A stretch of DNA of 64,000 nt from an uncultured Candidatus Saccharibacteria bacterium (lineage in GTDB: Bacteria; Patescibacteriota; CALEFQ01). The notes under the pieces were generated by a model, which was given only the letters and a program-made list of their open reading frames with translations, had not been told where the DNA came from and did no database searches. Shown in pieces: positions 57,359-64,000 of the stretch (within the stretch, counting starts at the first letter, position 1; every line of letters starts with the position of its first letter). Location: NCBI GenBank assembly GCA_965230955.1, contig OZ246404.1:161184-225183 (forward strand), read 5' to 3'. The position numbers and the translations under genes are program-made.

Positions 57359-57799
57359 TTATTCCTTCGTAAATCCCAGCGGCAGCAATTCGGCGGTATC
57401 CGCGACAATAATCTTATCTTTCCGACTGTTAGACATGATCACATTAATGGGATGCTTTTGCCGCATGGCGGCTTGCGCCAAGTACTGCCGGCATTGGCCG
57501 CAGGGGGAGATGGGTTCGGCAATCTCGCCTTCGCGCTTACCGGCGTAAACAGCCAGTTCGGTAATATCAGTTTCGCCGGCGGCGTTAGCGGATGCGAGTG
57601 CGACTTGTTCGGCGCAGATCGAGTCATAGGCCATGTTTTCATAATTGGCGCCGAGGAAAATTTTGCCGCTCGCCGCGCGTAAAGCCGCGCCGACGCAGTA
57701 GCCGGAGTTGGTGTTGTAGGCGCGAGGTGCGACGGCCTCCGCTGATTTTAAGAGCTCTTGTTGGAGGGAAGTGAGCTGGGAGTGAGTGATGGTCTTCAT
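57359..57799 (-). CDS. cdd: Cytidine deaminase
   Basis: Zinc ligands C/H-A-E ... PCGQCRQ (CAEQVA...SPCGQCRQYL). Confidence 0.85.
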   Translation of the reverse strand: MKTITHSQLTSLQQELLKSAEAVAPRAYNTNSGYCVGAALRAASGKIFLGANYENMAYDSICAEQVALASANAAGETDITELAVYAGKREGEIAEPISPCGQCRQYLAQAAMRQKHPINVIMSNSRKDKIIVADTAELLPLGFTKE

Positions 57800-57983
57800 A
57801 AAATTAAAAATTTAAAGAAGAAAATTTAAAAGAAATTTAAAGTTAAAAATTTAAAATGCTTTAATTTTTTCAACTTAGATTTCTTTTCAATTTTAAGCTT
57901 TTATTTTTGGATTTTCTCCTGGGATAAATATTAGCACGAACCTGAAGTTCATGCTATAGTGTATCGATATAATAATAATCTCT

Positions 57984-58988
57984 ATGGACAACAGTGTTTA
58001 CATAATTATCGCGGTGGTAGTGGCGGTTTTTGTTGTGATGATGATTTGGCAGCAGCGGCGGTTTAAGGAGCTGAAAGACGGGGGAAAGGTCGACGAGAAT
58101 CTCAAAAACTGGATCGAAGGAACGAAAAAAGACATGGATACCCTCCGGCACGAAGTCCGGGGCGGATTGGATAAAAACACGGAGACTCTTCAGCATCAGC
58201 TGGGCGTGACCAACCAGTCAATCAATGAACGTTTGGATAAAGCCGCGATGTTCATGAAAACGATCGGGCACGAAGTGGGTCAGATGCGGGAACTGGGCAA
58301 GAGCATGAAAGATCTGCAGGATTTCTTGCAATCGCCCAAACTGCGCGGTAATATCGGCGAAGAAATTTTGAAAGATCTGCTCAATCAAGTTCTGCCCACG
58401 TCCAATTTCGCCATTCAGTATAAATTCAAAGAAGGGCAAACGGTCGACGCGATTATCAAAACCGACAACGGCCTAATTCCGGTTGACTCCAAATTCCCGA
58501 TGGAAAATGCCAAAAAACTTTTCGCGACGGAAAACGAAAAAGACAAGGCGGCAGTCAAGAACGAGTTCGGGAAAGATGTGCGCAAGCATATCGGCGATAT
58601 TTCGCGCAAGTATATTTTGCCTTCCGAGGGTACGGTGGATTTCGCAATCATGTACGTGCCGTCCGAATCGGTTTACTACGAAGTGGTGACCAATTGCCAA
58701 GAAGTGATCGATTACGGTCAGACGAAAAAAGTTTTTCTGGTCTCGCCCAACAGTTTTTATTATTTTTTGCAGGCCATCATGCTCGGACTGCGCGGTAAAA
58801 AAATCGAAGAAAAAGCCAAGCAGATTATGGATACCCTGGGGATGATTCAGCAAGAATCGGTGAAATTCGGCGAATCGCTCGGAGTGCTGGATCGACATTT
58901 GACCAACGCCAAAAACGCCATGGAAGGCGTGACTTCGAAATATAGCAAGCTGAGCGGGAAGATCGATAGCGTCAAACTGCTGAAATAA
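57984..58988 (+). CDS. rmuC: DNA recombination protein RmuC
   Basis: N-terminal TM, a long coiled coil, and a RmuC C-terminal nuclease-like domain (DAIIKTDNGLIPVDSKFP). Confidence 0.85.
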   Translation: MDNSVYIIIAVVVAVFVVMMIWQQRRFKELKDGGKVDENLKNWIEGTKKDMDTLRHEVRGGLDKNTETLQHQLGVTNQSINERLDKAAMFMKTIGHEVGQMRELGKSMKDLQDFLQSPKLRGNIGEEILKDLLNQVLPTSNFAIQYKFKEGQTVDAIIKTDNGLIPVDSKFPMENAKKLFATENEKDKAAVKNEFGKDVRKHIGDISRKYILPSEGTVDFAIMYVPSESVYYEVVTNCQEVIDYGQTKKVFLVSPNSFYYFLQAIMLGLRGKKIEEKAKQIMDTLGMIQQESVKFGESLGVLDRHLTNAKNAMEGVTSKYSKLSGKIDSVKLLK

Positions 58989-59047
58989 AAATCAAAAGAC
59001 ACATTATTTTAAAAGCTCTTTCCTCGGGGAAAGAGCTTTTGGGAACA

Positions 59048-59497
59048 TCAGTTCAGCTTTAAGCGGAAAACGTTGGTGTCGCGCAGTGTGAAACCCATCT
59101 TTTCGTACAGGCGATGTGCGGCTTGCCGGGTCGGGTTTGAGGTCAGGTCGATCAGTTGCGCTTGGCGGCGGACGGCGATTTTGATGGCCTGGTCGGTAAG
59201 CTTCTCGCCGATACCGAGACCACGAAAATCCGAGTCGACCACGACGTCTTCAATTTGCGCTTTGGACAGGGACAGAGTGTTGATCATGATGAGCATGGTC
59301 ATGCCGACGAGGGCTTCGCCCCGGTAGGCGAGCAATAAGTGGGTGTTCGGATCGGCGATGATTCTCTTGAGCTTCTCCGCGGTCAAGGGGAGCGCCTCCG
59401 GATCAAGCTGGAATAGCAATTTGTTCAGGGACGGCAGTAGTGCGGGATTGTCATCACTGATTTCGCTTATCGTTAGCGGAATGTTACTTTGGATCAT
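59048..59497 (-). CDS. GNAT family N-acetyltransferase
   Basis: AAGGAGG RBS before MIQSNIPL. Acetyl-CoA binding motif VVDSDFRGLGIGEKL. Confidence 0.8.
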   Translation of the reverse strand: MIQSNIPLTISEISDDNPALLPSLNKLLFQLDPEALPLTAEKLKRIIADPNTHLLLAYRGEALVGMTMLIMINTLSLSKAQIEDVVVDSDFRGLGIGEKLTDQAIKIAVRRQAQLIDLTSNPTRQAAHRLYEKMGFTLRDTNVFRLKLN

Positions 59498-59622
59498 AAG
59501 AACCTCCTTGGTTGATAACTTTACGCTACAAAAAAATAGAGTGATTGTCAACGGGTTGTTTTTAAAAATAAAAAAACCTTCCTCGGTGCGAGAAAGGCTC
59601 GGAGTTCAAAGTCGCAATTGAT

Positions 59623-60276
59623 CTAGAATTTGAACTCGACGAAACCGGAAATGTTTCCGGGCTTTATTTTTCCGGCCAGGCATTCCATCCAGACGAACAA
59701 TGCGGAAGGGAGTACGTCATTCTGGAGAAGAGGGAAGCTAAAACTTTTTTTCGTCACCAGGCGGAGGCAGGCTTTGGGGCCGCCGTTGTCCGGCCGAAGG
59801 AAAGCGTGATACCAAAAATAATTTTGGAAGGGAAAATAAGGATCCCAGGAAGGTGTGCTCGTAAATCTTTTGACGGTATTGGGAGGGGGCACGATGCCGA
59901 GAGGAAAGGGGGGGCTGAAAGGAGCGCTAATCGGGATTTCTTCGAACAGCTCCAGTCGGAAGTTGCAAAGGTGTTTCAGGGCAGGGTTGACACGATTGAT
60001 TCCGGAAAAGTTGTCCAGTACTGGATCGGGGAGATCGCGGTCGTCTAGAAGCTGAATCCATTCGTCCGAAAAAGGGGCCAGAGCTTTCTCGAGATCTTCC
60101 ATGATGCTGTGAACTGAGGGCTGGTAGTAGGTTCTTTCGGTTCTATTGGCGGTTGAAGGTGGCATGCTCCAATGAGAGAAATCTTCTTGCGGTTCGGGCA
60201 CTTGATCTCGGTCCAGGTGCTCTGCCAATCTTTTGACGGCTTCCGGGTCTATTAATAACTTTACTGAAACTCTCAT
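59623..60276 (-). CDS. Hypothetical protein, paralog 1 of a tandem pair
   Basis: AAGGAGG RBS. N-terminus MRVSVKLLID. The upstream leader of about 130 nt is duplicated at the next gene. Confidence 0.55.
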   Translation of the reverse strand: MRVSVKLLIDPEAVKRLAEHLDRDQVPEPQEDFSHWSMPPSTANRTERTYYQPSVHSIMEDLEKALAPFSDEWIQLLDDRDLPDPVLDNFSGINRVNPALKHLCNFRLELFEEIPISAPFSPPFPLGIVPPPNTVKRFTSTPSWDPYFPFQNYFWYHAFLRPDNGGPKACLRLVTKKSFSFPLLQNDVLPSALFVWMECLAGKIKPGNISGFVEFKF

Positions 60277-60472
60277 GATAATAATCCTCCTTATGTTTCA
60301 GCATTGTTAACGAACAATCCCCACCTTGGGGATTTTCTATTGGTAGGGTATGTTTTTTGATTGTTATTGTCAATGGTAGTATCAAATGTAGGGGCGCCCC
60401 CGTGTGGGCGCCCTTAAACATTTCAAAAAAAGCCCGACTCTAAAAGAAGAGTCGGGCGACGATGTTTTGTGT

Positions 60473-61186
60473 CTAGAAAACGATGAGGGGTATTACTCCC
60501 TTGGCCGGATCGGCTTTTCCGTGCTGTGTATGACGCTCTTTTATAGCTATTCCAGAGCTGGGGCTTATCAGTCGTTGCCAGTAGGAAATAAGTTCGATGG
60601 CCGAGAGAACGAAAGTCGGACTGTACAGCGGCTCAGGTTCGACCATTTTTAAGTGCAGGTGCTGGATGTCGGAAGAAACTGAATAGTGATGGTAGAAATA
60701 ACGTTCTTCCAGCAGGGCATCGCGATAGATCAATGGGCCGATCATGTTGCTTCGTCCGGATTCAATCGGAGTCATGGCGTGCCAAAGACTTTGATTATGG
60801 CCTTGGCCGGATAGTTTGTCGAAAAGGTGCCAAGTCCCGCCGCAAAAAAGGAACAATGGAAGGAATTCTTCACAGACCCGACGGTTCTTGGTGGTGATTC
60901 CTCGCACCCAGTTTGTAATATCTTGGGCAATCTGAGGGAGATCCGCTTCTGTGAGGATATCATGATCTTGCGCCAGAAAAGTATCGATTAGGAGGTCGTG
61001 GATTTTTTGCTCCAAAAAAGTTCGACTCCATTTTAGAAACCCTTGGTCCTTTTTGCGTGTTTTTGCTTCCAAATTCAAGAAGCACTGATTGATGCTCGGA
61101 TCAGGATGCGTTCCTGACTCCTTGAAGATCTGAAGTGCCGGCCAAAAAGAGTTCCAGTCAAACCATAACCTTACTGAAAGTTTCAT
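60473..61186 (-). CDS. Hypothetical protein, paralog 2 of a tandem pair
   Basis: AAGGAGAA RBS before MKLSVRLWFD at 61186. The leader is conserved with paralog 1. Confidence 0.55.
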   Translation of the reverse strand: MKLSVRLWFDWNSFWPALQIFKESGTHPDPSINQCFLNLEAKTRKKDQGFLKWSRTFLEQKIHDLLIDTFLAQDHDILTEADLPQIAQDITNWVRGITTKNRRVCEEFLPLFLFCGGTWHLFDKLSGQGHNQSLWHAMTPIESGRSNMIGPLIYRDALLEERYFYHHYSVSSDIQHLHLKMVEPEPLYSPTFVLSAIELISYWQRLISPSSGIAIKERHTQHGKADPAKGVIPLIVF

Positions 61187-61358
61187 GTGATGTTCTCCTT
61201 TGCTTCCAGTATTGTTAACGAACAATCCCCAGCTTGGGGATTTTCTATTGGTAGGGTAGGTTTTTTGATCGTTATTGTCAAGGGATGCCCCCACACTCAA
61301 GCAACTTGAATGTGGGGGCCCCTACACATTTTATTGAAATTACATTATAATAAAATCC

Positions 61359-62534
61359 ATGCGTACCACCATTGAAATCAGCCGTTCGGCGCTGACAGAC
61401 AATATTAAACTTTTCAAAAAGATTATCGGCCCACCTTCGTCCCGAGGAAGCCTCGGAACTGCGTCTGTGCCCGGCGGTCGTCTTTTGGGCGTCGCGGTGA
61501 AAGCCAATGCCTACGGCCATGGCTTGGTGGAAGCGTCGCAAATTTTTCTGGCGGCGGGAGCTGATTGGCTGATTGTCGATAGCGTGGAAGAGGGAATGGT
61601 TTTGCGAGAAAACGGTTTGCTGGCTCCGGTGTTGATTGTCGGCTATGTGCCGCTCCAGGATCTGGAAAAAGTTTTTGATTACGATTTCCGGCTGGTGGTT
61701 TACAACAAGCAAACGATAAAAAAACTGGAACAAATCTCCAAAAAGCGCCGGCAAGTCGTGCGCGTTCATCTGAAAATCGAAACCGGCACGATGCGGCAGG
61801 GGATCATGCCCAAAGAAGTGATTCCTTTGGTGCGATCGATCAAGTCCAAACTGATTGAAATCGAAGGCGCCTCAACTCATTTCGCTAATATCGAAGATGT
61901 CCTGGAGCACGATTTCGCCGCCAAGCAATTGGATACTTTCAGGGCGATCGTCGAATTGCTTAAAGCCAACAAAGTCCCGCTGAAATATATTCATTGTGCC
62001 AATTCGGCGGCGACGATTCTTTTTCCCAAAACATATTTCAACTTGGTTCGAATCGGTATTTCCGCCTACGGGCTTTGGCCGTCGTCGGAGACGAGATTGA
62101 GCGCCGTGAAAATGCACCGCAATCAATTGCATTTGGAGCCGGCGCTGTCGGTCAAATCTCTGGTGGCTCAAATCAAAGAAGTGCCGGCAGGTAGTTTCAT
62201 CGGCTACGGCTGTACCTATAAAACCACCAAAAAATCAAAAATTGCCGTGGTCCCGATCGGATACTATGACGGCTACGATCGCCGGCTGTCCAACACGGCC
62301 CATGTCTTGATTCACGGTCAGCGCGCGCCGGTACGGGGGAGAGTGTGCATGAACATGATGATGGCGGATATTTCCGATATTCCCAATGTCCGGCTGGAAG
62401 ATCCGGTGGTCGTTCTGGGAGTTCAGGGAAAAGAAGAAATAACGGCGGAACAATTGGCGGAATGGTCCGGGTCGATTAATTATGAAGTGGTGACGAGATG
62501 GAGAGAGACGCTGGAGAGAAAAATAAAAGCTTAA
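61359..62534 (+). CDS. alr: Alanine racemase
   Basis: PLP-lysine motif AVVKANAYGHG and the usual length of about 390 aa. Confidence 0.9.
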   Translation: MRTTIEISRSALTDNIKLFKKIIGPPSSRGSLGTASVPGGRLLGVAVKANAYGHGLVEASQIFLAAGADWLIVDSVEEGMVLRENGLLAPVLIVGYVPLQDLEKVFDYDFRLVVYNKQTIKKLEQISKKRRQVVRVHLKIETGTMRQGIMPKEVIPLVRSIKSKLIEIEGASTHFANIEDVLEHDFAAKQLDTFRAIVELLKANKVPLKYIHCANSAATILFPKTYFNLVRIGISAYGLWPSSETRLSAVKMHRNQLHLEPALSVKSLVAQIKEVPAGSFIGYGCTYKTTKKSKIAVVPIGYYDGYDRRLSNTAHVLIHGQRAPVRGRVCMNMMMADISDIPNVRLEDPVVVLGVQGKEEITAEQLAEWSGSINYEVVTRWRETLERKIKA

Positions 62535-62693
62535 AAATATCAAAATTCAAAAGAAATTGAAAATATAAATACTGTTATTTATATTTTCAGCTTTAAGTTT
62601 CTTTTGAATTTTTTGTTTTTATATTTTAGATTTTACTAAAATACCCCGCCGCGCCATTGGGCGAGCAGGGTATTTTCATTGAGAGAGGCAAAG

Positions 62694-63050
62694 CTAGAAA
62701 GGCAATTCGGCTTCAACTACGATGGGCGCGGTCAGGTCGGGTGCTTTTATTTCCACCAGGGCTTTGTTTGGAGTTCCCTTTACTATATAGAGGACCGCTT
62801 CGTGGTCTTTGGTGCCGGGTGAGAATCGGCCGCAGAATTCGGTGACGTAAAATTTACTCTCGACGCCGGCGGCGACTTTGCGGGCATCAATGTTTTCTAC
62901 ATTGACCGGCCCGTCCGGTCGGAAATCAGCTTCGACGCGCACAAAAGGTTCTGTGCCGCTGGCACCGCCAATTTTTTTGATGAAACGGATTGCTTTAGGC
63001 ACTTTGGCGCCAGAAGTTATCGCTTGTTCCTTGATAATTTCGTCGGCCAT
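62694..63050 (-). CDS. Hypothetical protein (about 118 aa)
   Basis: Internal ATG (MADEIIKE). The finder's upstream extension is read-through of an AT-rich palindrome. The exact start coordinate is uncertain by ±1. Confidence 0.45.
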   Translation of the reverse strand: MADEIIKEQAITSGAKVPKAIRFIKKIGGASGTEPFVRVEADFRPDGPVNVENIDARKVAAGVESKFYVTEFCGRFSPGTKDHEAVLYIVKGTPNKALVEIKAPDLTAPIVVEAELPF

Positions 63051-63290
63051 GTTTTTGATGTTAATGATAACAATAGTATTATAGCAAGAAAATATCCAAT
63101 CATAAATAACAAATATCAAATAAAATTCAAGCTCCAATTACCAATGAAATCATCCCCATCTTTGTAATTGAAGCTTTGTTGGTTATTTGTGATTGGATAT
63201 TACTGAAAAATGCCTTTCCCAATCTCTAAGGGAGCGAGGTTTTTTTTAAAAGAAAAAGCAGATGCCAAGGCATCTGCTGGGTGAAAGTTT

Positions 63291-63740
63291 TCAGTCGAAT
63301 AACAGGAATAACATTAAGACATACACGGTGGGGCCGATTTTTAATCGGATGGGCTCTTCCTCTTTGGTGTACGGCTGACATTGCAAGAGTTTTAAGCAAA
63401 CCCAGGCGGTGATCAGGCGTGACCGGAAAATGATAATGAAGATAAGGAAAAGTGCCAGAAATGACTGAAACAAGAATAGCACGCTGATGCTAAGTAGGGC
63501 CAAGCAGATTTCCAAATAAGTCATTAGAATTATTTGTATTTTCCTGGCCGGAATGAGGATGATCGAACATCCAATTAGCATCAGTAAAATGAAAATGCGA
63601 GTTGTTTGGTGAGCCAACGGGTTGGTTGCCGGTACGTGCGGCAGGATGAGGTAATTGATTGCCAAAATGATACCTCCGATAATCACCAACGCTATGCCTG
63701 CGGTTTCCCGGAGCGAGAGTTCCCTCGACAAAATTTGCAT
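63291..63740 (-). CDS. Hypothetical polytopic membrane protein
   Basis: Start at MQILSRE. Four predicted TM helices. Confidence 0.5.
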   Translation of the reverse strand: MQILSRELSLRETAGIALVIIGGIILAINYLILPHVPATNPLAHQTTRIFILLMLIGCSIILIPARKIQIILMTYLEICLALLSISVLFLFQSFLALFLIFIIIFRSRLITAWVCLKLLQCQPYTKEEEPIRLKIGPTVYVLMLFLLFD

Positions 63741-63945
63741 ATACACCTCCTTGAAAGCAAATCCGGTAATTATATAGAAACAAAGCAAAAAGTCAAGCAT
63801 CAAGGAAATGTTAAATCACAAATAACCAATATCAAATAAAGCTCCAATAACCAAGATCGAAATGATCTTATTGGTAATTTGAGCTTTGATTTCATTTGTT
63901 ATTTGTTATTGGATATTGGTTATTATTTCTGTTATTATACATCCG

Positions 63946-64000
63946 ATGGATATGCTAAAAGACCTAAACGATGAACAGAAAAAAGCGGTCACGCACGGGA
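63946..64000 (+). CDS. UvrD/PcrA-like DNA helicase, N-terminal fragment (3'-truncated by the window edge)
   Basis: MDMLKDLNDEQKKAVTHG matches the conserved LNxEQxxAV start of UvrD/Rep/PcrA helicases. Confidence 0.5.
   Translation, partial: MDMLKDLNDEQKKAVTHG

Overview
The 64 kb window looks like a fragment of a small, gene-dense bacterial genome. It uses the standard genetic code, Shine-Dalgarno sites, and GTG/TTG alternative starts. Its content resembles a monoderm bacterium, possibly of the Candidate Phyla Radiation (Patescibacteria) type. That lineage call is inference from gene content only.

The plus strand begins with a tightly packed operon, probably a single transcript, running from the window edge to about 12979:
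- Three tandem giant paralogous surface proteins (1..7802) carrying thrombospondin-type-3-like DxDxDG calcium-binding repeats. All three share a conserved C-terminal segment made of a Gly-rich stretch, an IPAxYR-like motif, a transmembrane helix and a basic tail.
- Two tandem VirB2/TrbC-like two-helix membrane pilin-domain proteins (7799..9782), each fused to a hyper-cysteine-rich ectodomain.
- A membrane-anchored beta-propeller protein (9786..11018).
- radA and mpg.

A minus-strand block follows: a DksA/TraR-family protein, a zinc-ribbon protein, a small protein, recG, tRNA-Arg, several membrane proteins, and a degenerate tRNA-Ser locus. After that come comFC, clpC and recX.

A complete Gram-positive-style type IV pilus locus with no secretin spans 28085..39597, in the order pilM-pilN-pilO-(small gene)-pilB-pilT-pilC-[inserted four-helix-bundle gene]-pilA-pilD-four minor pilins. 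A 1143 aa repeat-containing secreted protein precedes it, and a convergent lipoprotein phosphoesterase follows it.

Downstream genes include:
- ligA and an HExxH protein.
- gatC, an HD-domain protein, and gatA.
- A 1075 aa NHL/IPT/FG-GAP surface protein.
- A tRNA-Asp, tRNA-Met, tRNA-fMet cluster.
- A flavodoxin-like protein, a GT-C-like membrane protein, and an orphan prepilin-like gene.
- cdd, rmuC, a GNAT acetyltransferase, two tandem paralogs with duplicated leaders, alr, and the 5' end of a uvrD/pcrA-like helicase at the window edge.

Intergenic structure is unusual:
- At least three families of period-7 direct-repeat hairpins sit at many gene junctions, especially inside the pilus operon. 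The families are GTCAAAAG, GTCTTTGG and GTAACAAG. Two copies of GTAACAAG-type arms are embedded in frame within the mpg coding sequence.
- A fourth palindromic family (AATAACAAATAACCAAT) and AT-rich AAATTTAAA palindromic spacers also occur.
- The tRNA-Ser region (19050..20100) holds two intact tRNA-Ser genes. Each is followed by a partial copy of its own 3' end interrupted in the T-loop by a conserved 40-nt GC-rich hairpin. A GIY-YIG nuclease gene and decayed tRNA-Ser 5' fragments lie alongside. This may be a small T-loop/3'-end-targeting element or an integration-scar hotspot.
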